Made by a program: the position numbers and the translations under genes. This document shows, piece by piece, positions 40,083 through 50,239 of a stretch of DNA of 64,000 bases (positions are counted from its first letter, which is position 1; each line of letters opens with the position of its first letter). The stretch comes from Patescibacteria group bacterium (GTDB lineage: Bacteria > Patescibacteriota > Microgenomatia > UBA8517): NCBI GenBank assembly GCA_035291665.1, contig DATDRP010000003.1, forward strand, positions 84,549 to 148,548, read 5' to 3'. The notes beneath the pieces were generated by a model that ran no database searches, was not told the DNA's origin, and worked only from the letters and a program-made list of their open reading frames with translations.

Positions 40083-41054
40083 CTACCAGCTGGGAGTTTC
40101 TTTGTCTAGAAACTTAAGTGCATCCATCCCAGCCATACAGCCAAAACCGGCTGTTGTGATTGCCTGCTTATAGTGCTGGTCATGTACTTCCCCTGCAACA
40201 AACACTCCTTCCAGGTTCGTTGAAGTGTGCTCATATACTTTGATATATCCCCGTTCGTCCATCTCTATAGGACCCTTGAAAACATCACTATCGGGTTTAT
40301 GTCCAATTGCCACAAAAATTCCGTCAACTTTGAGTTCGCTTACCTTATTATCCTTGTTATTAAAAATCTCAAGTTTTTCAACTTTCTTCTCACCTATAAT
40401 CTTTTTTACTTCGCTATTCCATAAAAATTTAATTTTTTTATTATCAAACGCTTTTTGCTGCATTGCAGCGGATGCTTTCAATGCGTCTCTTCTATGAATT
40501 ACTGTCACATCGATAGCATACTTCGTCAAAACTAATGCTTCAGTTAATGCCGAATCTCCTCCTCCGACAACCGAAACTACTTTATCTTTATAAAATGGAG
40601 CATCGCATGGAGCACAAGTTGCCACTCCCCGGCCGAGAAGTTCCTGTTCTCCGGGGACACCAAGCCATCTGTTACTTGCCCCTGTCGAAATAATAACTGA
40701 TCTTGCCATATATTCTACATCCCTGGTTTTTACCTTATAGGGTTTTGTGGAAAAATCAGTTTGGGTTACATTTTTTTCAACAAACTCAGCACCGAAGCGT
40801 TCAGCTTGGTTTCTCATGCGGGTCATAAGATCCGGTCCTTGGACCCCTTCCGGAAATCCTGGAAAATTATCAACTGTTGTTGTCAGCATTAATTGTCCTC
40901 CCCAATTTTCTCCGCCAACTATCAGAGTCGAAGCGGCTCCCCTGGTTGTATATATCGCAGCCGTAAGAGCAGCCGGACCGGAGCCGATAATAACAACATC
41001 CCAAGGTTGACCTTCCTTTGGTTTTTCTGCATACACAATCTTTGTAATTTCCAT
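40083..41054 (-). CDS. trxB: Thioredoxin reductase (NADPH)
   Basis: VVIIGSGPAALTAAIY FAD site; CAPCD redox motif; VVGGGDSALTEA NADPH site. Confidence 0.9.
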   Translation of the reverse strand: MEITKIVYAEKPKEGQPWDVVIIGSGPAALTAAIYTTRGAASTLIVGGENWGGQLMLTTTVDNFPGFPEGVQGPDLMTRMRNQAERFGAEFVEKNVTQTDFSTKPYKVKTRDVEYMARSVIISTGASNRWLGVPGEQELLGRGVATCAPCDAPFYKDKVVSVVGGGDSALTEALVLTKYAIDVTVIHRRDALKASAAMQQKAFDNKKIKFLWNSEVKKIIGEKKVEKLEIFNNKDNKVSELKVDGIFVAIGHKPDSDVFKGPIEMDERGYIKVYEHTSTNLEGVFVAGEVHDQHYKQAITTAGFGCMAGMDALKFLDKETPSW

Positions 41055-41135
41055 ACAAATTAATTTCGTAAGAACATGTAAAAACTATTCCGAAATATCT
41101 TTCGAAATGGTTTTACTTTAACAATAGGGCTCTCA

Positions 41136-41567
41136 CTACAAAGACGACATTCCACCGCTTGATGAGTCATCTTCGTCACTGGCTGCATCAGGAGGAGTTA
41201 CGGTTCCTGCGGTCGGAGTGTCCGGTGTCTCACTTGATGCTTCTTCAGTTGTTGTATCCACCACGCTTCCCATCGGAGCAACAACTGGTGCAGATGAACT
41301 TTCTGACACTCCTGTTGCCACGGATGGAACTTCAGGTTCTTCAACTGCCGGCATTACAGAAGGAGCATTTCCCATTGAAGGCATCTCAGCTACCGGTTTT
41401 TCCTCAGCCTGACTCACTACAGTAGGCTCTTGAGCCACACCCATTCCCACACTTCCACCCATCGGTGGCGTTGAACTTGCCACGGGTGTTGATTGTACCG
41501 GCTCATTCACAGTTGTTGTAGCCGTTCCCATCGGATTGACTGGTTTTTTTGGTTTCATCGGATCCAT
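41136..41567 (-). CDS. Pro/Thr/Ser/Val-rich low-complexity protein (143 aa), probably secreted/surface
   Basis: Composition only. Confidence 0.35.
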   Translation of the reverse strand: MDPMKPKKPVNPMGTATTTVNEPVQSTPVASSTPPMGGSVGMGVAQEPTVVSQAEEKPVAEMPSMGNAPSVMPAVEEPEVPSVATGVSESSSAPVVAPMGSVVDTTTEEASSETPDTPTAGTVTPPDAASDEDDSSSGGMSSL

Positions 41568-41721
41568 TTATTATCACCTCCAAACTCCTTAAAAACAAAA
41601 AAGTATATACCCCGGTATACTTGCACTCCAATTTAAAGGAGTCGGTGTTCCGGGGAACACACTTTAGTAATAAGTTAATCTTTTAAAAAGTACATTTCCC
41701 CACTCAACAATTTGCGTTAGC

Positions 41722-42042
41722 TCATAATACTTTTTTAATCAAATCTTCAAATGCTTGTTTTCCTGCAAATCCTATTTGTCTGCCTATTTCCACACCTTCC
41801 CTGACCATAATTGTAGTAGGAATCGACATGACATCATATTTTTGAGCAACAGATTGATTTTCATCAACATTAATTTGAGCGACTATCAACTTATCTTTGA
41901 AGGTGTCAGATAGCTCTTCCAAAGCAGGTTCTGCCATTTTACAAGGTCCACACCAATCCGCATAAAAGTCGACCAAAACTGGAAGCTTTGATTTTATAAT
42001 TTTATCCTCGAAATCCGAAGCGCTTACTTTTATTATAGTCAT
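41722..42042 (-). CDS. trxA: Thioredoxin
   Basis: WCGPCK active site; 106 aa. Confidence 0.9.
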   Translation of the reverse strand: MTIIKVSASDFEDKIIKSKLPVLVDFYADWCGPCKMAEPALEELSDTFKDKLIVAQINVDENQSVAQKYDVMSIPTTIMVREGVEIGRQIGFAGKQAFEDLIKKVL

Positions 42043-42102
42043 AACTTAAATTTAATATTCGCGTAAAACACTATACAATCTTCTAAAAGTTTAAGTCAAC
42101 CA

Positions 42103-43140
42103 TCAAATAAATGCTATGGGCAATGTCAGTACCGACAGCATATAAAACAGCTTCCGATTTTTAAGATTTTTATACAAAACGATAAGTGCAAATGGGTAAT
42201 AATACGAAAAATATCTTCTGAACTCTGGAAGATACGGACAGTCAACAAATCCTACGGAAAAAACAAATAATGCCAGGAAAATAGATATTAATTTCACAAA
42301 ATGCACATCTCCCTTAATGAGAAAGTCATCTTTGTGTCGCAGGATCTGATACAATACCCAAACCGAAAAGATTATATACATACTTCCCGATATAATAATT
42401 CTCCATTGGCCTTTGTCCATCAAAATCAGATAATCTTTTGCAATCTGAAGAAGAGCAAAGGAGTTTCCGCAAATTTCACTGTAAACATTAAACTGATAAA
42501 ATCCGTCACCGAATAATTTGATATTTGAAAAATATAATATTATGGGAAAAAAACTCACCCCTAATAAACTCACAAACAACTCTTTATATCTTTTTCCCTT
42601 GAGGAGGATTATCGCAATTGGTAAATAAAAAATAATTGATACCGGCCGAAATAAATAAGAAAGACCGGAAATTATACTCGCCCAGAGGAACCTCTTTTTC
42701 ATAAAAAGTATAAATATGACAAGCAAAAATATAGCCACGGCAGATTCTGTTGAAATTTTACTGGTTTGATTAAAAACTATCGGAGGGAAAATTGTTACCA
42801 AAAAACTGTAAAGGGGATTTTTGGTTAGTCGGTAAGAAAAAATGAAGAGAAGTAATAGTATTAATATTCCAAGTACGAGTCCGGATATGTATATATTCCC
42901 GAAAATTAAGGAAATCAGATATATGGATACCGGAATTCCCGGAAAATATCTCGAATCAGCGAAAGACAAATCTTTCGGATAATCTCCCCCTTTCAGTGAC
43001 TGCGTATATGTAAAAAATCTTTCCTGTTCGAAGTTATTTATTAGTAAATCAGGATGAAGAATGTTTTTATAATACAAGAGTCCGACATGGAATAATATTG
43101 TTAATGTTAGAAATAAAAAAAATCGTTTGGAGAATGTCAT
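42103..43140 (-). CDS. Polytopic membrane protein (345 aa), function unknown
   Basis: Many hydrophobic helices. Confidence 0.45.
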   Translation of the reverse strand: MTFSKRFFLFLTLTILFHVGLLYYKNILHPDLLINNFEQERFFTYTQSLKGGDYPKDLSFADSRYFPGIPVSIYLISLIFGNIYISGLVLGILILLLLFIFSYRLTKNPLYSFLVTIFPPIVFNQTSKISTESAVAIFLLVIFILFMKKRFLWASIISGLSYLFRPVSIIFYLPIAIILLKGKRYKELFVSLLGVSFFPIILYFSNIKLFGDGFYQFNVYSEICGNSFALLQIAKDYLILMDKGQWRIIISGSMYIIFSVWVLYQILRHKDDFLIKGDVHFVKLISIFLALFVFSVGFVDCPYLPEFRRYFSYYYPFALIVLYKNLKNRKLFYMLSVLTLPIAFI

Positions 43141-43166
43141 AAATTAAGTATATAATTTCATTTGTT

Positions 43167-43724
43167 ATGTTAGCTAGGTTACAAAATATAATTGTTTGTT
43201 TTTCAATTATTATCGTTCTTTTCTCTTTGCACTTAACGCTATTTACCGGCGAAGTACTCGCGGTCTGCCCTGTCTGCACAATAGCGGTTGGCGCCGGACT
43301 GGGAATTTCCCGAGCCCTGGGGATTGATGATGCCGTCACCTCCGTCTGGATCGGAGGACTGATCCTTTCTATGTCCTTTTGGATGATTGACTGGCTGGAG
43401 AAAAGATTTCAGTCTAAGTACAAGTCAAAGAAGAAGTTGTTTAGTACTATAGTCTTTTTATCGATTTTCATTTTAACTTTAGTTCCGCTCTGGTACGGTA
43501 AGTTTATTGGCCGGGCTAACAATTCCCTTTGGGGAATAGACAAAATTATATTCGGTACTTTCTGTGGATCTTTGGCTTTTATAATTGGTAAATGGGCAGA
43601 CGCAAAAGTCCGGGAAGTTAAAGGCAAACAGCTTTTTATTTACCAAAAGGTTGTTTTTCCTGTAGCATCATTGCTACTTCTTAGTATCATATTAGACATA
43701 ATAATTACAAAGTTTTCATTGTAA
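43167..43724 (+). CDS. Membrane protein (185 aa), function unknown
   Basis: Hydrophobic helices; CPVC motif near N-terminus. Confidence 0.4.
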   Translation: MLARLQNIIVCFSIIIVLFSLHLTLFTGEVLAVCPVCTIAVGAGLGISRALGIDDAVTSVWIGGLILSMSFWMIDWLEKRFQSKYKSKKKLFSTIVFLSIFILTLVPLWYGKFIGRANNSLWGIDKIIFGTFCGSLAFIIGKWADAKVREVKGKQLFIYQKVVFPVASLLLLSIILDIIITKFSL

Positions 43725-43793
43725 AAAAATTAATAGTATTTATTCGCAGTAATTTGTATAATTCGTATAAATTCGTATATTAGTATCAAAATT

Positions 43794-44390
43794 ATGAAAA
43801 TTAATAATTACAAAAACCTTCTCGACAAAGTCGAACGGGTTACAAAACAAAAGGATCTTGATCTTTCCTCCGGAGAAGATCTCTCCATCGGAATAATGAA
43901 TCTCATTTCCATAGAGGAGCATTTATTTTTCACTTATAACAAAACCAAAGACGCCAAATTCATAGACCTTCTTGATGAAGTAAGAAGAATGCGGACAGAA
44001 CTTCTTAAGGAGATCATTAAGGATTATAAAGGCGAAGTTTGGTGCATCAGTAAACACTTACTGGCGGCTTCGATGAGAATAATGGAAGTTGGAACAAAAG
44101 AACTGAAGAAAGCCTCCGGCCCAGAGGGCCTCAAGCCCGGCGGGGGTGAACAAAAGAAAAAAGCCGCTTCCCTGTTTCAAAAGTCTTATGATCTGTATTC
44201 CCTTTTCTGGGGACTCAATTTGGGAGTTGTAAGTACGAAAGACGCAATACGTGATACGAAAGAGGGAGAAAGTATTTCGCTAACCAGCGATCCTACGTCC
44301 GACAACTTACATCCTACAACCAAGAACGAATCGGTTTTTTCGAAATTGGGAAACCTAGTACAAAAAGCGATTGATTGTTGTAGGGAATAA
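43794..44390 (+). CDS. Hypothetical protein (198 aa)
   Basis: ORF only. Confidence 0.4.
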   Translation: MKINNYKNLLDKVERVTKQKDLDLSSGEDLSIGIMNLISIEEHLFFTYNKTKDAKFIDLLDEVRRMRTELLKEIIKDYKGEVWCISKHLLAASMRIMEVGTKELKKASGPEGLKPGGGEQKKKAASLFQKSYDLYSLFWGLNLGVVSTKDAIRDTKEGESISLTSDPTSDNLHPTTKNESVFSKLGNLVQKAIDCCRE

Positions 44391-44450
44391 TAAGTTCAGA
44401 AGGTTGAACGAAGTGAAATCCCGTACTAAAGCGCAACTTTCAGTGCGGGA

Positions 44451-45308
44451 CTATAGACTGCTGCAGGGAATAAATTTAAACCAATTTTCTTCAAATAAAA
44501 ACGGCAAGAGAATCTTTGAAAGTTGCTCCGGATCCCAGAATATGTATCCATGAGTTCCTCCGACTACCCATTTCAAAATAAATCCTTTCTTTTCCATCTT
44601 TTGACAATCTTCAATAATATCAGGATTATCACGATCTCCAACTGTCAATAGAATTCTTTTTTTCCATTTTTCTAAATCAATCGAATTTCTTTTGGCAATT
44701 TCATCAAATATAAAAATACTCTCGTCAACATCAAGGGTTTCGAATTCTTTAATCGCTCTGGAGGCGTTTTTATAGGTCTTTGTTTTTCGCCACTTTCTTG
44801 CTTCAACCAACCAGATATAAATATTGTTCACCAGAAGCATTATCTTTTTTGTGAAACCCATCTTGTACGCCGCCAAGAGTAAGAATCGCTGAAACTTTAG
44901 ACTGCGAGAAAATAATTTCCTTGAGTTAATTATCGGAGAAATCAAAATAAGTTTTCTTGGTTCTATCAATTTTTTCGACAATGCCACACCGGCAATATAT
45001 CCGCCAAAAGAAGTTGCAATTATTGAATAGGAATTCGGATTAAATGATCTGATAAAATCGGAAACGATAACCGCATAATCAAAAGTTTTCAGATTTTTCA
45101 ACGTAAAAAGCTTATTTCTTCCACCCAGACCGGGGAGTGTAAAATTTACAAAATCTGCCTTGGGATTATCCTTCAAAAGCTCTTTTATTAATGGTTTATA
45201 TACATATTCAGATCCTGGAAACGGTGGTATCAAAAATATGGGATAACGAGTTCTTGCAGATCGTTCGTATCTAATTTCGTAATTTTCAGTCCGAAAAACT
45301 CCACGCAT
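44451..45308 (-). CDS. Alpha/beta-hydrolase-fold protein (putative esterase/lipase)
   Basis: IIATSFGGY nucleophile elbow (GxSxG-like). Confidence 0.5.
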   Translation of the reverse strand: MRGVFRTENYEIRYERSARTRYPIFLIPPFPGSEYVYKPLIKELLKDNPKADFVNFTLPGLGGRNKLFTLKNLKTFDYAVIVSDFIRSFNPNSYSIIATSFGGYIAGVALSKKLIEPRKLILISPIINSRKLFSRSLKFQRFLLLAAYKMGFTKKIMLLVNNIYIWLVEARKWRKTKTYKNASRAIKEFETLDVDESIFIFDEIAKRNSIDLEKWKKRILLTVGDRDNPDIIEDCQKMEKKGFILKWVVGGTHGYIFWDPEQLSKILLPFLFEENWFKFIPCSSL

Positions 45309-45412
45309 ACTTTAAATATAATGCATTTATGGAGTAACTGGTATTTGAAGTGCGGTGTTTTTGTTATTTTTCACTCTTTCAGCTATGTAAAATGTAATTG
45401 CATTAAATCCAA

Positions 45413-46150
45413 TCAGTTTATTAAAAATTCTTTGATTGTACTCAAATCTTTTTTGTTAAAAACACAAAAGTGACCTCCTTCATTTACAATAAACTTGCTG
45501 TTTTCAAGAAGTTCGCGGAGGTGCTCTCCCCCCTTCCGGGGCATCAATAGGTCGTTTTTCCCGTTAAATATCAAGGATCTATTTTTAATATTTGGCAATA
45601 TTTCCCTGTTATCAATGTTCTCAATTAAATCTAAAAGTGCAAGATGTTTTTCAAATGGGTGTTTTTTCATTTCTATCAGATTTAACTTCAGATCTTCTTC
45701 ATATATTTCCCTATCTTTATCTCCGGTATAAGGATTAAATATCCTATACAGTTTTTCCAAAATCTCAATTGGAATATTATCCCCTATCCTTATTAATACC
45801 TTTCTAAAAAGTTTGACCCTGAAGACCATTATTCCTAAATTTGCCAGAAGTAAATTCGGCTTAAAATGTACTCCCGATGCAATAAAAATTAATTTTGCAT
45901 TCGGATATTTTACTGCGACGCGTGGTAGTATTAACCCTCCCATCGAAATTCCGATTATTAAGTCAGGCTTTTTTCCTTCAAGTCCGTTAATTATTACATT
46001 TGTTGAATTTTTTATATTCAGATCTTTCAAATTAAAATACAGGCTGGGAGTTAGAACGTCATAACCTTCTTTTTTGAGAAATTTAATTAAAAAATGCTGA
46101 TTCAATTCCGTCTGCGGCCAACCATGAAGAATAAGCGCGGTCTTTGCCAT
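45413..46150 (-). CDS. Alpha/beta-hydrolase-fold protein
   Basis: IIGISMGG nucleophile elbow. Confidence 0.55.
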   Translation of the reverse strand: MAKTALILHGWPQTELNQHFLIKFLKKEGYDVLTPSLYFNLKDLNIKNSTNVIINGLEGKKPDLIIGISMGGLILPRVAVKYPNAKLIFIASGVHFKPNLLLANLGIMVFRVKLFRKVLIRIGDNIPIEILEKLYRIFNPYTGDKDREIYEEDLKLNLIEMKKHPFEKHLALLDLIENIDNREILPNIKNRSLIFNGKNDLLMPRKGGEHLRELLENSKFIVNEGGHFCVFNKKDLSTIKEFLIN

Positions 46151-46258
46151 TATTAAATAATAGTAGGTGCAACGGAATTGTACATAGACCGTTGCTACTC
46201 GTCAGATTACTGTTGGAATTGCCCGAAGTTGATAGTTGTCGAGAATATGTTTAAGTGA

Positions 46259-46978
46259 TCATTTATTCTCAAATTGAATATTTGTTATTGAACGATTTAA
46301 CTGAAGAGTGTAATGTTCACCACCATCGGCCGGCTTCCAAGTGGAATCTTGAGATATTTCAAATCCTTTATAAATTATATTTCCCATATCCCAACCACCA
46401 TTATATCCATATTCACTACCAGGCCATATAGACTTTATTGCTTTTTCTGCGGGTCCTGGATAAATATTACTTAAAAGAGCGAGGGATTTTACCTTTGCCT
46501 TATACAAATTTACCGAATCCATATTAATCTGATTGTCTAATGTGGGGTCATCTTCCGGATGTAAAGTTACATAAAATCCTCGTGGATTAACAATAACTTT
46601 ATTATTTTCGTCATCTAATTTAAACGAATCCGCTCGTGGAATAACAATTAATCTCGTGTTGTTTTGTTCAATTAAAAACGATGAGCGAACGGGTAAGATA
46701 TTCAATCCAAAAGGCATCTCAATCTTTACCGCCTTCCTCGACAAACTATTCTCGACCTCAAAATATCCATCGACCGTTGAGGCATAATCTTCAAGTATCT
46801 TACCGGAATTCTTTTCGAGACAATCCAGAAGTGGTCCTGTATAACTGTCTTCCAGTAATTTATGTTTTTCCATCATTCCGTCAACAGCCAAGACAGTACC
46901 AGGAGCAACAATACCCATAATCGTGTAGACAACACCTACTTTCAAAAACTCTCTTCTTGATATCACTTTTTCAGTCAT
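46259..46978 (-). CDS. Secreted protein with twin-arginine-type signal (SRREFLKVGVVYTIMGIVAPGTVLA); start at Met13 of the ORF-track model
   Basis: S-R-R-E-F-L-K consensus Tat motif followed by an h-region and an A-x-A-like site. Confidence 0.45.
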   Translation of the reverse strand: MTEKVISRREFLKVGVVYTIMGIVAPGTVLAVDGMMEKHKLLEDSYTGPLLDCLEKNSGKILEDYASTVDGYFEVENSLSRKAVKIEMPFGLNILPVRSSFLIEQNNTRLIVIPRADSFKLDDENNKVIVNPRGFYVTLHPEDDPTLDNQINMDSVNLYKAKVKSLALLSNIYPGPAEKAIKSIWPGSEYGYNGGWDMGNIIYKGFEISQDSTWKPADGGEHYTLQLNRSITNIQFENK

Positions 46979-47383
46979 GTACCTGAAATATAATGTTTTA
47001 AACATAAAAGTCAAGCATTTACTGAATAAATATTTAGCAAATCGGATGTGTGTTTGTATTTTGACTAAATCTACTTCAACACTTCAAACTTCAACACCGG
47101 GTGTTGAATAGCTTCGAACAATGGGGTATCTTAATCTGTGGAGCTTCATCTTTTCGGAAGCAACTCGAGTCCGACGCCTGTGAAAAATACAGCCAATCCC
47201 ACTCCGGTTAAACCAGCAACTAACAAGGCTAAACCTGATGCAATACCGGCCATTCCGGCCGATTCAACAAACCCTCCTCTTTCCGGCATATTATGCCTAT
47301 TATACCCCAAAACTGATATAATATGTCGACTTGGAGACGTGGCAGCCCACCCAAGGTGGGTCAGCCTTGGGTTGAAGTGGACG

Positions 47384-47635
47384 ATGTTTTACGTATACAT
47401 ATTACAAAGTGAAAAGACATTAAAATTATACAAAGGTTCTACATCAGATTTAAAAAGGAGGTTACATGAACATAATTCAGGAAAAACTAAATCTACCAGA
47501 AACAATGGGGAATGGAAATTAATATATTACGAAGCGTTCTTGAACAAAAAAGACGCATTGATCGAGGAAAGATTTTTAAAAACAGGCAAAGGTAGAGATA
47601 GAATAAAATATTTGTTAAAAAATACTATAAGGTGA
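47384..47635 (+). CDS. Stand-alone GIY-YIG nuclease-domain protein (84 aa); stop overlaps the first nt of tRNA-Ser
   Basis: MFYVYILQSEKTLKLYKGSTSDLKRRLHEH; the upstream 82 codons of the ORF-track model are not supported. Confidence 0.7.
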   Translation: MFYVYILQSEKTLKLYKGSTSDLKRRLHEHNSGKTKSTRNNGEWKLIYYEAFLNKKDALIEERFLKTGKGRDRIKYLLKNTIR

Positions 47636-47719
47636 GGTCGCATAGCGGACTAGTGCAGCGGTCTTGAAAACCGCCGTAGTCTTTTAAGGCTACCGTGGGT
47701 TCGAATCCCACCCTCACCG
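47631..47719 (+). tRNA. tRNA-Ser (anticodon UGA), long variable arm
   Basis: GGUGAGG...GCGGU-CUUGAAA-ACCGC-CGUAGUCUUUUAAGGCUACCG-UGGG-UUCGAAU-CCCAC-CCUCACC-G. Confidence 0.85.
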
Positions 47720-47722
47720 CTA

Positions 47723-48235
47723 ATGACAGAAACACATCCTTTCGGCAACTTCGTACCAAAAAATTCTAAATATTTAATTCTCGGAAGTTTTACAGGTAAG
47801 ATTACTGATCCTTCTTATGACTGGTTTTATTCAAATAAAAGAAACCAATTTTGGCCGATTTTAAGGCAGGTGTATAACTTAAAGTTGGAAACGAAAGAGG
47901 AAAAACAGCAATTATATAAGAAATTACAGATCGCGATCACCGACATAATTTTAAGCTGCGACAGGAAAAAAGGAACCAATTCAGATACTAATTTAACTAA
48001 TATTACCTTCAACACAAAAGCTATCAAGAAAATTCTTAATGATAATAAAATTGAAAAGATCTTTTTCTCCAGTAAATTCGTTGAAAAACTATTTAAAAAG
48101 AAATTCCCCGACTTCACTTCCCTTTACCCTTACTCTTACTTCTATACTCTTCCTTCCCCTTCTCCCCGATATGCAAAACTGAGCTTGTCTGATAAGATAA
48201 AAAAATATAAAAAACTACTGCCAACTATTGCCTAG
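47723..48235 (+). CDS. Uracil-DNA glycosylase-superfamily protein (Mug/TDG- or family-6-like)
   Basis: YLILGSFTG...NQFWPILRQVY parallels Mug GINPG...NRFWKVIYQAGF. Confidence 0.5.
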   Translation: MTETHPFGNFVPKNSKYLILGSFTGKITDPSYDWFYSNKRNQFWPILRQVYNLKLETKEEKQQLYKKLQIAITDIILSCDRKKGTNSDTNLTNITFNTKAIKKILNDNKIEKIFFSSKFVEKLFKKKFPDFTSLYPYSYFYTLPSPSPRYAKLSLSDKIKKYKKLLPTIA

Positions 48236-48253
48236 TTTCCAGTACCCAACCTT

Positions 48254-48757
48254 ATGACCTTTTACATATTCCGCCACGGAGCAACATATTTCAGTAAAAA
48301 TAAAATTTTTTATGGAGATGCTGTAGAAACAGCTGAAATTTTACCGGAAAACACCCCGATTATCAAAAAGCTCGCTTCATATTTAAAAAAAGTAAGTATT
48401 GATAAAGGTTTTACATCACCGTACAAAAGATCTGTACAAACGACCGATATTATAAAAAAGGAAATAGGTTTGGAATTTGAAATAGATGACAGACTCGGCG
48501 AGCAAATGATGCTCTATGGAAAAGAAACATTTAAGGAATTCCAAAAAAGGTTAACCGATTTTGTAAATGAAGTTAAAGAAAAAAACTACAAAAACGTAGC
48601 CATCTGTTCACACGGTTGGCCGATTGCCGGACTGATTGCCGCTATTCTAAAAGGTAAAATTCAAAAAATAGATCTTCTAAAGTATCCTGAAACAGGAGAG
48701 TTGATTATCATCAAAGACGGCAAAGTCGAAACAATTGATTTCAATCAGAAGGATTAA
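48254..48757 (+). CDS. Histidine phosphatase superfamily protein (phosphoglycerate-mutase-like)
   Basis: IFRHGAT (RHG catalytic motif); later SHG. Confidence 0.7.
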   Translation: MTFYIFRHGATYFSKNKIFYGDAVETAEILPENTPIIKKLASYLKKVSIDKGFTSPYKRSVQTTDIIKKEIGLEFEIDDRLGEQMMLYGKETFKEFQKRLTDFVNEVKEKNYKNVAICSHGWPIAGLIAAILKGKIQKIDLLKYPETGELIIIKDGKVETIDFNQKD

Positions 48758-49314
48758 GAATTAATCAATCTTTCAATCTTTTTTAACTTCAGCTTTATCA
48801 AAGACAGGAAAAAGATTATCACAAAGGCCGAGAAACTCATCCATGGAATTGTGATATACCCGAAATTTGTAACAAATCTTTCCGAACATGACACAGAATA
48901 TCCAAGCGTTGCACAAGGTGCGTACGGGTTCGGAGTAACCTGAAGGGAATAATGATATATCGCGATAAGGCCTCCGATAAAACTCAACGGTAATAAAAAT
49001 AAATGAACTTTCTGCGTTTTAACAAAACGCTCAGTCATAAGAAGTACCGTTGTCGGGTACATAAAAATACGCTGGTACCAGCATAATAGACAGGGCGTCA
49101 AATGTCTTATTTCAGAAAGATACAGGCTCCCAAAAGTCGCAACAAAAGAAACCGATACAATCAAACGGAAAGAATGTTTTGTTAAGAAATCATATAAGTT
49201 TCTTGAAGTTTTTTTATTTTTAGTAACCTTTGAAAGCGCAAATATAAAGACCACAAGTATAAATATTATATTTGAGAGCAAAACCAAAAAACTTAATAAT
49301 TTTATACCGTCCAT
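48754..49314 (-). CDS. dsbB: Disulfide bond formation protein B (BdbC/DsbB-like)
   Basis: SLYLSEIRHLTPCLLCWYQRIFMYP closely matches the BdbC signature; 4 TM helices. Confidence 0.7.
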   Translation of the reverse strand: MDGIKLLSFLVLLSNIIFILVVFIFALSKVTKNKKTSRNLYDFLTKHSFRLIVSVSFVATFGSLYLSEIRHLTPCLLCWYQRIFMYPTTVLLMTERFVKTQKVHLFLLPLSFIGGLIAIYHYSLQVTPNPYAPCATLGYSVSCSERFVTNFGYITIPWMSFSAFVIIFFLSLIKLKLKKIERLINS

Positions 49315-49351
49315 AAATCTTAGTTAAAAGCTGATAGAGAAAAGCGAAAAG

Positions 49352-50095
49352 TTATTGAGTTGAGAGTTCCTTTTCAACTACCTGATAAAAATCTTCCCTT
49401 CCCCTGATATTATCCAATTTTTTACCGTTTACAAAAAAGGTCGGAGTTGCATTAACCCGAAGCTGATATCCCCCATTCGAGTCGGCTTCTATTTTATTTT
49501 TAACTTCATCAGAATTGTAATCCCGATCGAACTTGTCCATATCAAGACCCATTTGTCGTGCATATTCATACACTTTATCCTTTGAATTTGAATCCTTTAC
49601 CCACTCTTCCTGATGGCTGAATAGGAAGTCATGCATATCCCAGAATTTACCCTGTCTACCCGCAGCCTCCGCCGCTCTCGATCCAATCATGGCCTTTGTG
49701 TGTTGAGGAAGCGGAAAATGCCTGAATGTAAACTTGGCTTTATCTTTGTATTTTTCATACACATCATTTACAAGCTCCGAGAAAATAGCACATGCTGGAC
49801 ATTCAAAATCTCCGTACTCTATAATCGTAACTTGCGCATCCTGATTACCCCGTACCCAATCCGTCCCCGATATCGAATACAGACTTTGTGAGACAGTCTC
49901 GACCGGCGCTGAAAAATATGAATAGGCTTTAAATCCCAAAAAACCAACAATTACAATTCCGACCGCAATGAAGAATAACTTTTGAATTTTTTGCGAATTA
50001 GTTTGTTTTATTGTTTCTTCCTGTTTATGGGTCTTTGCCAATTCCCTTTTCTCCTTTTTCGTCAGTAATGACTCGTCTTTATTCTCTTCTTCCAT
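49352..50095 (-). CDS. Membrane-anchored DsbA/BdbD-like oxidoreductase (CPAC active site)
   Basis: N-terminal TM; YGDFECPACAIF; thioredoxin fold. Confidence 0.7.
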   Translation of the reverse strand: MEEENKDESLLTKKEKRELAKTHKQEETIKQTNSQKIQKLFFIAVGIVIVGFLGFKAYSYFSAPVETVSQSLYSISGTDWVRGNQDAQVTIIEYGDFECPACAIFSELVNDVYEKYKDKAKFTFRHFPLPQHTKAMIGSRAAEAAGRQGKFWDMHDFLFSHQEEWVKDSNSKDKVYEYARQMGLDMDKFDRDYNSDEVKNKIEADSNGGYQLRVNATPTFFVNGKKLDNIRGREDFYQVVEKELSTQ

Positions 50096-50239
50096 ATATG
50101 TAAAATACTACAAGAACATGAATAATCATGTACACAATCGCAAACTCCGCTTAAATCCAACTTAAATTTAAGTATTAGGAGTATACGATGAATTTTAAAA
50201 AGCCTCAAGACGATGATACAGAAATTGCCTGGTAATTCC

